Shown in pieces: positions 1-13,047 of a DNA stretch of 64,000 bases. The notes below the pieces were generated by a model. It worked only from the letters and a program-made list of their open reading frames with translations, searched no databases and was not told the origin of the DNA. The first letter of the stretch is position 1; every line of letters starts with the position of its first letter. Position numbers and translations under genes: made by a program. Location of the stretch: positions 263,728 to 327,727 of the forward strand of contig NW_027192218.1 in assembly GCF_041956535.1 (NCBI RefSeq), read 5' to 3'. Source of the stretch: Calcarisporiella thermophila CBS 279.70 (taxonomy: Eukaryota > Fungi > Calcarisporiellomycota).

Positions 1-835
1 TTGTAGCGGCGTAAATGGTGAATTTTTTAAGACACACATATCTTTAAATAGTTGCTAATTGTATATCAACATATCTCTTAGTCCCCCATGCCTAGCTAAT
101 CGATATATATAGGATGGTATATTCTACGCTTAGCTATTTCCATACGCATGCCAGAGCTATTACATGGAATAAATTATCTATAATTTGGGAATATAAAAGC
201 AACATACACATCATCAGGTATTTAATAGAAAATCAGATTTCTAAAAGACCAAATTCAACAAGAGATTATAGAAAGGCACTGCGTACTTTGTGCCCCTTAT
301 CAAATAAAGCCAAAACTAGCTGCAATATGCCGAAGTTCCCATTAAAAAACCCGAACCAGGCTTTTATGATGCCATTTTAGGGATTTAGAAGCAATAAAGA
401 GGGTCCTTTGTAATAATACGGGGAGTATTTAATGCGAAGCACACCTATAGAAATATCGCTCAACTTGTGCTTGATCCATAATCCTTTTTTATCATCAGAG
501 CGGAAAGCCATTTTTTTTAAAAATAAAAAGAGGTTAACAGAATAGCCCTATAATTAGACGTTTATATGGCCATTGCTCGCTCCTGAAAATAAACTCTGAA
601 TCATACTGAATGCTTACATCCAGAGCGTAGGACTTCTAATAAATCATTCCAATGTGAAAAAAGGTGAGGCATTGTGCAGTATTACTGATACGTGGGAAAG
701 GGGGTATACAAAGAGTGTATGTACATTAAAGGCGATCAAGATAAATGAAAGAAACAACTAAAGTACAAAAGGATCAAATATCAAAGCGAATATATATGAG
801 AGGCTTAATAGGAGGTAGGCCAAGTTTGTATAATG

Positions 836-1099
836 TTAAGGGTAAGGTGTGCTGGTATGTCGTCTCACACGCAAATTCCAACAATTATGGCATATTGCAA
901 ATGTTCTCAGCATTCTTCCGTGCCGCATGCACACATCGCGTTTACACCATTGACAATGAAGTAGATGAGCATCCTTGCAATAAAGATAGGCATGTCCAGT
1001 ACAGTTAGCGCATCGGCCAGTGGCACGGTTGCTACAGTCCTGTTCATGACACAGTCTATGGATAGAAGAATGGATAATTAGAGGACTAGCTTCCATCAT
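836..1099 (-). CDS. Small Cys/His-rich zinc-finger protein (B-box/AN1-like), ~87 aa; start uncertain
   Basis: The ORF-track start at 1183 is TTG; the first ATG is at 1099. Sequence CHEQDC..RATGRCANC..YCKDAH..CQWC...CMRH...CHNC gives a dense set of Cys/His ligands. A TATATAA lies on the minus strand near 1279-1285. Confidence 0.5.
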   Translation of the reverse strand: MMEASPLIIHSSIHRLCHEQDCSNRATGRCANCTGHAYLYCKDAHLLHCQWCKRDVCMRHGRMLRTFAICHNCWNLRVRRHTSTPYP

Positions 1100-3068
1100 G
1101 TTCAAGTATTCTCGATTTACCTCTGGCCCATAGCGATGTTTTTCCTGTGATGTGAGGTATACCAATGTAAAAGTGGACTCCAAGAAATGAGCTAATTCGA
1201 AACAAAAGGGTAGCGAATGTTAAGGTTTATATCACAGGCAATAGGGGATTGTTCATGCTCTAGCTTTAGGCTGACGACTTATATACTACGCTAGCTTCTT
1301 TTACGATACTCTCTTCCGCTCTGAATTTTGCCGCAACTCTCAACTCTTTCTCCCCACAGGAAAAATAACAACCAACTGAAAAGGATCAACCTCCGGCAAG
1401 GAAAAAAAAGCTTTTTCTATATTTGAACGTCGTACGTCATCTCCGCCTTGTTTTTCCATTCTTAAAGTGGAACAAAAATGCACTGCGTTAACATACTATG
1501 CGACTGTGAATGTGGGATCCCAGCTCATTTCTCGGAATTAGCAGAAAATATCGCATAGCCCCCTCGGGAGATATACGCTGAGCCCTCCTCTTCGCCTTCA
1601 TATGCTCATGCAAAGGAAGCGTTAGTAGCAGCCAGCATATGCATCCGCTTAACTATGTACGGTAAGAAAATTAGCTAGTAGCTGAATAAAGAAATCCCGA
1701 TTCCTCTAGCCAAGCAAAAACTCTGTTTCAAGAGTGCGCATCTGCGTAGTCTCCATCTCTGCAGCGGCTATTTCATTAGAGCCGCTGCAGGTCCGAGAAG
1801 CTATAGAGTGGGGAAGAAAAGAAAACGAAACTAATTTGTAATTTTAGAAAGCAAAATATAGGAGATAACACCTGTCTACGTAAAATAGTATAGTTCAGGG
1901 GTTTTAAAACAATCCAGATGCGCGTATTAGGAAATGAAGATTCAGGTAATTCCTATTTAGCGATGGAAAGAAACTTTGTCTAAATCAATCGCTATGCGAG
2001 AAAAATGGTTTAGATTTATTTCAATTGCAATGTCCCATTCCCTGCCAACGCCTGCAAGATACCTTCTCTGTTTTTCAAGATGAAGCTGGCTCTTCATATT
2101 ACTCTTTATAAAGCTTCGATATAGTAGTGTAACATTGGTTTCGGAGCAAATTTGCTAAATCGGAGCATCAGCATCAAAGAGTAGATTGAACAGGGGCCAT
2201 TGTCCCAATCATACATAAAATATTGCATGCAGTGGCTTTGCCTTTTTTTTCGGAATGTGGGCTAGTAGCTAGACTAAAAGCACGGTGCCTCCTGTTCGTA
2301 GGAAGAGTTGGAAAAAGAAAGGGAGAATTTGTGTCATTGATGACTAATAGAAATTAAGCAATTGTCTGCTTCTTATTTGGATTAATATCGTCCTCCTGTA
2401 ATTCGAATATACACCCGTTAGTTCATAAAATGATTTAGTCTAGAATTTGAAAGTTAACTTGTATCCATCTTGTACAGTGAAAAAAAAAAAATCTCAATGA
2501 CTGTATTTCGATGAGCACTTTTGCCCCACTACTCTAACCGAAGCATTTGAAAAGTATATCTTTGAGCATCGAAGAGTAGATGCAACTTCTGAGCTACTAC
2601 ACGGGGACTTCAAGATACTGACGGAAGAGCCAAGCGAAATGCCAAAAAATAAAGCTATTTTAAACCAAGGTTTTTTCTAATCCATATTCCTTAGAACGCG
2701 CTATATCGAATGATATTCCCAGAATGCTTGTCTAGAGCTACTGAAGTTGTGGAGCCTGTGCTTGATGAGCGCTCCAGTGAGTGCAAAAGTGCACTTAATT
2801 GGTATAAACTTTTCAAGAAATATTTTTGTATACGCTCGGCTCTCATACACTTGACTATCCTTCGACTTAGTGTATCTAACTCAATAATGGAGGCCCAATG
2901 AGAGCGTCTTGTTTCTACATAGAGACTTCCATTTAAGTCCGGGTTTTATTGAAATCTAAGCCATTTGGAATCGTCATACTGTGGCTTCTTTTTTTTTTTT
3001 TTTCCGTCCAACAAAACAACGGCTTTTTTCGGTCCAATATCATACAGTTCTCTCGAAGCACGAAAAAA

Positions 3069-4384
3069 ATGACTGATCCCCATCAACCTACTCGACACGA
3101 TCTCCCTGGCCTAGATCAGACGTCTGCCGTCGCCGTTGCAGTTGGACATCCAATTCAGCACCAGCAGCACCAACAAGTGATCCAAAACTTTTGGCAGCAA
3201 CAGATTGCTGAGATCCAACATGGTCAATTTGACTTCAAAGTTCAACAACAGCTGCCGCTTGCTAGAATTAAGAAAGTCATGAAATCCGATGAAGATGTTA
3301 AGGTAATTTAATAAAAATTTTTTTTTCTTGTGAGTTTTCTAATCAATATAATTATGTTTAGATGATTAGCGCAGAGGTATATTTATTCTGATCTGATTGC
3401 GCGTTTAAATTATCTTATTCTCCTACGTTTAATTAGGCGCCGATTTTATTTGCAAAAGGATGTGATATATTTATTACCGAACTAACACTACGCGCATGGT
3501 GAGTAGAAAAAAAATGAATTGTTTACGTCCATGAATTCTCCTAATTACCCTTCTGTTAGGATACATGCTGAAGAAAATAAGCGACGAACTTTGCAACGAA
3601 GCGATATTGCCGCTGCAATTTCTCAATCTGATATGTTCGATTTCCTAATCGATATTGTGCCCCGTGAAGAGGCTTCCCAAGGGCCTGGTACAAAGACAAA
3701 AGTGCGTGTTGTTAGGTTGATTGCTGGATTTTGAACTAATTGTGATGTGTATATATATTAGAATCCGGGTTCAGATGTCGATTATCGAGCTATGATGGGC
3801 GATCAATATGCTCATCACTATGGTTATTCTCTGCCTGGTGGTGCACATGTTGGGGTTAGTCATGACTCAGTCATCATGTAAATTATCAGTCAATTGACTT
3901 TTTTTTATTTATTTTAGGGCATTCCTGGTGACCAAAGAGGTCTCGTTGATCCGATAATGGCATACCAGCAGCAACAACAGGTTTGTCTAGCTGCTCTTTA
4001 AATATGTGCTGAATATAATTTATAATACTTAATTAATAGTTGCAGCAAATGCAATATATGCGTGCGCAAATGATGCAACAGCTTCAAGACCAAGCTGGTG
4101 GACAAACTACTAGTCGCTCGCCTGCATCTCAGCATAGCAGTCCTCAACAGCATGCTTCACCTTATTATGGGGGTCAAGCCCAAATAAATCCTCAACAGCA
4201 AGCACAGTCTCAGCAACAGCCCCATCCGCCCTCAGCCGTCGCCGGTGCACCTGGTCATCCGGATCCAAAGGAAGACCAAGACGCATACCGATCTTATGGC
4301 TATTCCCAGATTCGACCTCCACCACCAATGGGGACGAATCCACAGCAAGCTCGCCAGATTACAGACCCACGCCCTAATGTGTAG
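3069..4384 (+). CDS. HAP5: CCAAT-binding factor subunit HAP5/NF-YC, multi-exon, Gln-rich C-terminus
   Basis: Histone-fold motifs [17 protein letters not shown] / MISAE / [21 protein letters not shown] / [33 protein letters not shown] are split by GT-AG introns. Confidence 0.95.
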
Positions 4385-4809
4385 ATAGAATGAGTTGGCG
4401 ACATTTACTTTTACACTTTTTCTTTCTTTTTTTCTTTGCTTTTCTTGAAGCTATACAAAAATAGTGAAATACAAAGGGAAACTAAGGGAAACAAATTCTT
4501 GTGTTTGCTTATGAGTTCTTTTATTTTTTTTTCCTTAGATGTATTCTGTAAATTTTATTCTCTCTTCGTTTTCAATTTGTTTGCACCTTTCTCTATTTTT
4601 TCACTTTAGAGATTTTCATTTAATTCCTTCTGTAATTTTCTTCTATTTTTATTACTATTTTTTTTTTTTTCGGATAGGATGTTTTTCTTCAGAGTCTGTT
4701 CAGTTATTCAGTTAAAAAAAATATTAAGGGTCTCCTTTATGAACTAAAATTTATTTGGATAAAAATCAATCAGAGTGAATTGCTTCTACTTCTATTGCCA
4801 ATGTAATTT

Positions 4810-6320
4810 TCATGCCGATTTACTCTTCAATTCCTGGATTGCCTGCTGCACACGGCGACACTTTTCCATCAGCACCTGGACACTTTGTCGGAACAAGTCT
4901 GCTGGAGGTATGATACCGGTCGACTCGATATTAAATATGAAATGATCTCGCACACGCGTAAGCTTCACCAGCCCCTCAAACTCTTTGTGCCGCAATACCT
5001 CTCTGCTTACTGTGTCTTTGCGCGGATTGACAACTTTAGCAGTGCGGACACCATTCTCCATGACTACTTCAACTACTCCTTCCGGGAAACAGCGAGCAAA
5101 CTTGTCCGCAAGGTCACCAGTTATCGGACGTTTGATGATAATTTCAGGGAGGAGTCGATATGAGGCGGTGGCTAGAGAACATGGGGTAAAATGAGTATTG
5201 AAATCATTTTTCCAGACCGCAAACATCATTTAAACTATTACCAACTGGTGACCATTTTGCATGCTCTCTCCCGAGTCCTTTCTCGCAGTGGAGAACCATG
5301 TCGATTTCCTAGTATAGTATTACACATGAACCTTAGAGAAAGTACTAATGTATATCAAAACAGCAGGACATACTTGGCCAGGTCGTAACTTGGCAATAAG
5401 AATGTCGTCCATCACCGGGCCAATGGGGGATGCTTTAAACTTTGTCTCCTGGTCGCCCTTGGCCTCCCAAGTCAAATGCTTTGAGAGAACTAGAAGTCAA
5501 GAAAGGGAATAGAGGTTGAAATAAAACTTTTCTGTTCAGGAATATGCCAAAATTACCATTAGAGTTGATATATTTTTTTGCGGGATCTTCCTCGTTTGCA
5601 TCTGCTTTTGGATTACGCTGGCATTTAATACTAAGCTTAAAGACAATTGTATTGAGGTCGGTAGGTGGTTCATCGGCTAGAACGCAATGTTAGCATTAAC
5701 TCGTTCGAGCATTAGAAGAAGAGCGAAATTTACGTGTCTTAAATTCGAATTCTGAGGGATCTGCTTTAATAGGAATGAGGCCCAGACGATGGGAGAGCAC
5801 CTCATCCTGTATAACCGATGTGTTATTGAGAACGTAAACATGTTCAATGGCCATTGTGGGAACCTAAAAGGAGGTAAAGTGATTATAATAAAAAAAAACT
5901 AGTGTATCGAAAATGCGTAATCTCAAAGTACCTCTGCTATTAATATCCGTCGAAATGCATTTGCTATGGAGGCATCAATACCTATGAGGTCAAATTCCAT
6001 CTCAGTTTCGGTGAGGCGGTTTACTGTTACTCTGAATTTCTGTTCGTGAAAAAGCACGTTAACAACAGGATGGGTAGATCTTAGAAAGCATTGTTTTGTA
6101 AAGTACATTTTTAAACTTTTCAAAATTCCAGCTGTCATCGTAGCCAGGATAGTGGTGGGGGAAATCGCTTGAGGAGACCTAGTAAAATGGTGATAAGTTA
6201 AAGTACATGCAGTTAGATCAAAAAGTTGTAGGAATTGCTTACACTGCTAACATGATCTTTCTCAATGAGAATTCTGTTACGGAGTGTCTCTAAGCGCTCA
6301 TTGATGGGTTCATGTGGCAT
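4810..6320 (-). CDS. RPC40: RNA polymerase I/III shared subunit AC40 (RPAC1), multi-exon
   Basis: Motifs [63 protein letters not shown] and [17 protein letters not shown] at 6320. Confidence 0.95.
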
Positions 6321-6513
6321 TTTTGCCGGGATCTAAGATATGGGAGAGGGAGGCAATATGTAAAGCGAGGATATTAAAGGGACTGCTTGTTAAACTGTTT
6401 ATTGTCTACGTGACCGCTTGGGGCACAGCTTTCGGTGCCTATCTATGGAAGGCAATTTTGCGATAAAAGTGTGATAAGCTAGATTTCCAATCGAACATCT
6501 CCATGCAATAATC

Positions 6514-8193
6514 ATGGATGAATCATCCCAGAGTCCTCCTTCTGCTTCTAATGGCACTCCAGCCAGTACAACAAGCTCACAGCTAAATTCAACTAATAAT
6601 GTCCATCAAGATGAATTAACTAGTGGTGGCGATTCAGTCCAAGGGAAGAAAAAATCTGGGGCACCCAAGCGGAGAAAAGTGACGCATGGTAAGTCTTAGA
6701 ATGCTTTGCAAACACTCGAATTTTGGAGTAATCAAAGCCGATGGTGAGAACGTGTTTTGATGCATACTCTTTCATTTATCATTAGCATGCGTTTATTGTC
6801 GGAGATCGCACATGACCTGCGATGATGGTAGATATACTACACACTCATTTACGCATTCGGTGTTTTTAATTTGATTTTAATATGATAAATCATTTCTAAA
6901 GGTAGACCATGTCAACGGTGCATTAAACGTGGAATCGAGCATATGTGTCACGATGAGCCTAAAACATCGCAAGGAGCACAAAACGCAAGAGCTCAAGCGG
7001 CTGCTACCTCTATTCAAGGTACTTAAGTTATTTTGCATTCTGATGCCAATCTATTCTCAAAGCATCTATTTGACAACCAGGTCTCAGGAATCAGACGACC
7101 AATGTCACCAGCTTGCCTATGCAGATCTTCAGTCCGATACCGTCAGCCTTGCCGACTACCCCTCTTACCTTCGCTAGCGAACATATGGGAAATGAATTTA
7201 GTGTAATCAGGTAAGAATCCTTTGTAATTGGAGCTATTTTATCGTATTTTTCAAGTAACACTTTGAACTATTAGTGATTTTCTCGAGGGCCTCGAAGAAA
7301 ACCAAAGCAAGATAGCCAAAGAGGGAACGCCTATCAACACTACAGAAAAGTTCTTCCTCACTGCTGCCGATCCATCAGATGGGACATCAGAGGATCGCCT
7401 GCGAGAGGTTATCAATGCCAAATATGAAGCAGGTTTGTTGAAGCCCTATAACTACGTGAATGGCTATGCGCGGTTACAAAAATATATGGAGGGACAGTAC
7501 GTAGCTTATGTTTATTACCGTGAAATCATTCTCTGAAAATATTTGTTATGTTTCCCGAACTTTCAGCATGGGTACAATAAGCCGTCAGCGTATTTTGAAA
7601 GCAATGAGCACTTTTCGACCGGCATTTCGTGCGGTTGCACAATCGCTAACGGATTTGGACTTAATTTTAGTGGAAGAAGCGTTTGAGCGACTTTTACTGG
7701 TATACCCAATGCTCTTATCTTAACCGAAATTATTGAATTTAATAGTAACATTTGAATTGCAGGACTATGATCGAGTATTTAGCTCAATGGGCATCCCCGC
7801 TTGTTTATGGCGCAGAACAGGCGAGATATACAAGGGAAACAAAGAGTTTGCATCACTAGTAAATATACCGATCGAGATGTTGCGAGAGGGACGGCTGTGT
7901 ATATATGAATTAATGGCGGAGGAGTCTGCAGTCAATTATTGGGAGGTAAAGCTCTAGATATAATATAAGTTCTTTCCGATGGGGCCGAAATTAACTGCCT
8001 TTGCATTTAGAAATATGGCAACATTGCATTTGATGCGGGACAAAAGGCAGTGCTCACGTCATGTCTACTTAAAAGCCCCGACTCTGACAATACTAACGTG
8101 ATATCGTGTTGTTTTTCGTTTACAATACGGCGCGATAAATATAACATACCGACCGCAATTGTGGGCAACTTTCTCCCAGTTCAACTTCCGTGA
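6514..8193 (+). CDS. RDS2: Zn2Cys6 transcription factor with C-terminal PAS-like domain, RDS2/AcuM type (gluconeogenesis regulator)
   Basis: Spliced [31 protein letters not shown]. C-terminal motifs LLKPYNYVNGYARL, YDRVFSSMGIPACLWRRTGEIY and CCFSFTIRRD..IPTAIVGNFLP. Confidence 0.88.
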
Positions 8194-9134
8194 TTTCCGC
8201 TATTCTTTATTTATCGATGCGAGTTGTCGTGATTATTCTTTATTTACTATGGTTTTTCTCTATTGCCTAGTATATCTAGTTGCTTTTTTTTATGAATTGT
8301 AAACTTCAGTTAATTGTGAGAGTATGTGTGTCTTGTTCCTATTATCTATTTCGCTAAACCTTCGAATGATAATAATGAGAAAAGCCCTGGCAGCTAAACT
8401 GCGAGTTAAAAATGCATTGAATTCTCAAAGACGGTCACCGAGTCTTCCACGGCCTTGGTTGTCGCACAAACTTCTTGGCTAGAGAGTACGAAACAAATAA
8501 GCCGTATCGTAATAAGCGTCTACAACTATTTAGGCAAAGCCAAAGAGGAGTTGAGTTGAAGCCAGGCTATAAATGAAGTGCTTGATAATGAGGCGGAGAA
8601 ACTGATCACAAATTTGTCACAAAATCTCGGCATTATTTTTAGCATTGGTAAAAGCGCGGCTGATTACCTCTCCATTCCACTAGTGTAGAAGATCTCCTAT
8701 GTACATCTCGGATAAAAGAGCTCAAAGCTTCCTGCAAAATAAGGAGACCACGGTGAACGTGACCAGGCTTACTTTTGATACATGGATTCCCAAGTTACCT
8801 TAAGGTAAGAAGGAGGTGGGTGGAGTAGAACTTGATCTCCTGTGATGCACTCGTGCCATTGAACTTGGGAAAATAGAGTTAAAATTGCGGTCCCGAACTA
8901 ATAAGCAGTTACACTTCGCGCAAACGTTCATCCATATATTCTCTCGTATGCTATTCTACTTCCCTTCTCTCTTTCCTTTCTTCCTCTATTTCCGTTCTAC
9001 ACTTACCTTTCTTTATCTATATAGCCTTTTTTTCCGTTAATTGCATTTTACGGCATTATCCACCCCCTACCCTCCTTTAAGCTTTTTCTCCTTCTCCCGA
9101 ACCTTTCGACTTTCCGCTTGCACTGGCGATAACC

Positions 9135-10413
9135 ATGCTAAAGCAACTCTCCTTCGCCACTCTCGTAGCTCACCTTGCGCTTTCTGCTCTCGCCCAAATA
9201 CAGCTCCCACCAGGCTCGGGGACACCTCCGCCGGTGCGCGAGTGGGTTCAAGCCATCGACATGACCAAAATCCCTGCGGCTCCTATCCAGCCCCCAATTG
9301 ATCAAAACCGTCAATGCGAAAAAGCCAAGGGATTCTGCAACTGGTCATGCGATAATTGTATCAACAAGCAAACGGATTTTGATTCTTGCCCTAAGGGGAC
9401 ATGGGCTGTCACATTTGATGATGGGCCAACCCAGTTCACCCCGCCTCTGCTTGATTTCCTTGCAAAGCAGAAGATCAAGGCCACGTTCTTTGTGATGGGC
9501 CAGAATGTACGCGATCATGGGCCCTTTTTGAAACGAGCTTTCCAGGAGGGCCATGAAATCGCAAGCCATACCTGGTCCCATTCCGCTCTGACCTCTCTAA
9601 CCAACGAGCAGATTGTTGCTGAAATGAAATGGACCGAAATTGCAATTGAGCAGGTCATTGGTGTCAAACCTAAGTATATGCGTAAGTAGTAACCGAGGCT
9701 TCAGCTTATCACGCTGTATAGTATATTTATCACAAGGAGTTTAATTTTCTAGGCCCTCCATATGGTGATATTGACGATCGTGTGCGTGGCATATTGACAA
9801 GCATGGGATACAAGGCCGTTATTTGGAACCATGATAGGTGAAGATAGGTCTTGAGCTAGTATCACAAGTTTAAACTAATATCGGTTAAAATAGTAATGAC
9901 TGGAGGATTAAAGAGGGCCAGAGTACACCTGCTGCAGTTGATGGCAACTTTACTCAGTGGATTAAGGAGGCGGCCACCGCGCAAGTTGGAGGATTAAGTT
10001 TGGAACACGATCATGCCGAGATCACTGTGCAATTGGCAATCAAGAACCTGCCGTTGCTTGCCAAGGCGTACAAGCTTATCCCGCTTTCTCAATGCGTTGG
10101 TGATGCCAATGTTTATCAGGCCGGCCCTGTTGTTAATAATACTAGCAGCGTGGTTCCATTGCCCAGTTCAGCAACCGCCCCAAGCATGCCTTCGATGGTT
10201 GCTGCTCCGGCTGTGAACAGTTCTGCTCCTGCAGTAGTCTCCATGGCAGTTCCAGTTTCGCAACTACTTCCTCCTGATGCCAAGAATCTGAACCCATCAG
10301 GCTCTCAAACGGGAAATGCCGCTCAATCGACACCGGCGAAAAGTTCCGCTTCAAAAACGATGAATTTAGGTGCAGCAATGGGTGCTATTTTGTTGGCACT
10401 TACGATGCTATGA
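9135..10413 (+). CDS. Secreted, probably GPI-anchored chitin deacetylase (CE4/NodB domain)
   Basis: Signal peptide; TFDDGP, HEIASHTWSH, spliced MRPPYG and LEHD motifs; Ser/Pro/Ala-rich linker and hydrophobic C-terminus; two introns. Confidence 0.93.
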
Positions 10414-10653
10414 AGATACCCTGTAGCAGCGTTTCTAGATAATACCATTTTTAATTAAAATTGTGTTCGCTAATTTATATCCTCTACCAGGTTTCGAAGA
10501 CAATTTTGTTTTATTTTTTCCGAATTCAAATACATTCGATTTTTCGAGTACACACTTTGTTTGCAATCTTATTACTACGACTGTGTTCGTGACTACCATA
10601 GGCAGCAAATTATTTATTCAATACCTTGACAGGTTACAGAGCTGCGGGCTTAA

Positions 10654-11692
10654 TTAAGCGCGATTAGGGATTTTTTCGTTAATAAGCTGTTCCGTGAAGT
10701 CCCACAGTTGCTTAGCCAGAGCATCATTCTGCGCGTCACAAGTTGGCTCACTAAGTTTTGCAATAGGAGTCTATAATCAAAAAAATAATTAGTGCTCTGC
10801 ACAACAAATTTGGTCACTATGATGAGAGCTACAAAATATCTTGCGCGATAATTTTTCTCCACTATCTGTGGGCTTGTTGCAGCATACAGTTGCGTCAGAG
10901 CTCCCTGTTCGGGGCTGATCAAAAACCATCCTGCTACTGCACTCATAATTCTCGGAATAAACCTCTGTAATTCAGTTTTCACTGCTCCCGGGTGAACGCT
11001 ATTACACCAAACGTCCTTTACACCGCGCTCCTCAAGTTGTCTGTTTAGTTCGCGCACCATCAAGATATTTGCGAGTTTTGATCGGGCATATGCGAAATGG
11101 AAATTGTAATATTTAGGGTTGCTAATGTTCTCAAGCGCTAGGCCTCCAGAAAGAAGCAATCTGTGGGCCAGCGAGGACACCACAACAATACGTGCAGGAG
11201 CGGATTTTTCAATCACAGGTAGCAGGCCTACTACCAGCATGTGATGCCCTACGTGATTTGTGGCGAATTGGCTCTCTATCCCGTCTTCAGAAAGAGTGAA
11301 AGGGGCGTACATAATGCCTGCATTAGCTATAAGGACATGGAGAGGCAGTCCACGATTTTTGAAAGCTGCGACAAAGGCGTTTACTGAGGCAAGAGACAGT
11401 AAGTCGAGTTGCATATATTCCACATTTTGGTTGCCAGTTGTAGATTTAATTTGATCGACTACGGGCTGCGTCTTTTCTTTCGAGCGGCAAGCGAGGATAC
11501 TACAAATATGGCGAAGCATGAAGCATACAAAAATGTTAATGCCAAAGGTAGATATGAATTTAAGTTGATAACTTACACATGGGCATTTTTCTTCGCCAAC
11601 TCCTGTGCACAAACTAAACCAAGCCCCGTATTTGCACCGGTAATAACAATAACGCGTCCAGTCTGATCAGGTATGTCGTCAAATGAGAACAT
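10654..11692 (-). CDS. Short-chain dehydrogenase/reductase (retinol dehydrogenase/WWOX-like)
   Basis: ATG at 11692 gives MFSFDDIPDQTGRVIVITGANTGLG (TGxxxGxG). Also NAG, YARSK (YxxxK), HPGAV and spliced C-terminal LWDFTE; two introns. Confidence 0.92.
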
Positions 11693-13047
11693 TGGCAGTA
11701 AATCTAACAACGAGAGATTGAAAAATGTTCAGATGCTTCGCTTATTTTAAATTCATAATTTCATGTCTCCGAACTTTAGGGACAATTTGGCTACGCCACA
11801 TAACCACCTGGGAATATAGCCATGCATATAAGGGTAAGAGTTGATCAGCCCAGCAGTCCAATTTCTGGGAGCGTCTACAGCATGTGATGACGAATGTGCT
11901 CCTGAAAGTTGCCAGGCACTACCAATCTTGACGTAGCATAAGACTGCTATAATCAGGCTGACAAAGATCAGGTTCCGAGTTCCTTAAATAGCGCTTGGTG
12001 TTGCAATTTAATTCCTAGCTGACCTAATTATTCCTGCGGCAGGCATTAATAAGGAATTTTAATCCAACTGCTCGGCCCTGAAAGTAACAGTTGCTTAAAC
12101 GGGAATAATTCAATCGAGGATATTCATTGCATTTATTTACAAGCAAAATAAAAAAGCCGTTTGCTTTTGTTGTGCATACATCAAGAGTCCCTCCAAGAAT
12201 CACTAGTAAATAGTCGAGCTCTATTTTGTACCCTGTTCGACGCCAAACTGTATCTATATTGGCTCTACGATTTTTAGTTGTCTAATTTGTCCGATTCATT
12301 TCGTCCAAAAATTTTCTCCGTTTTTTGGTGGCAACGAAATACGATGGTGTAGACATAAGAGGTATGCGAGATGAGCTCATACAAAAGCTGGCATTGGCCT
12401 TATCTAATAATAACCTTGGCCCCAACTGCGGCTTAATGTAAAGATAATACATTAAGTCGCACAAATTTATTGTCATCTCTCCTCGTATTTTGATGATAGA
12501 GTGCGAATGCAGCTTCGGATATTGTTTGCGTATAGGCTATAGCAATAAACTCTGCGTGCAGCAGTCATTTCGAGTTTCGATATAACGAAGAGATGCCTGC
12601 GTTAACCCATTACATTTACCCACATACTTGCTCAATTACTGTCGTAAATGTCTGGACCAGATAACAGAGGCTCGGTGGCCGGCTCATATATGAAAAAAGA
12701 TCAGAGTACGCGCTCACTATTCCCTCAACTTACAACGACCACGAGCAAATTTCTAGGAAAATATTTTGCGCGACCGCGTCCGATTTAAGGTCTAGCTCAC
12801 TTCCTGTTTATTATGAACACGGTTGTTTGTGGCTTGGTTAATTATTGGCCACTTTTTTTTGGTACTTATGCTTCGCAACTTACAGATTTTTGAACTCCTC
12901 TTAATCCCAGTCGGAATCATCATCAAACGGGATAATAGTGTAGGAGATCAGGATCATCTCGCGTATATCTCAATTTTGCAATATCATTGTACTTGAGTGC
13001 GCATCAGTCAATCCAACATTTATAAAGCATTATCAAACATCTCAGCA

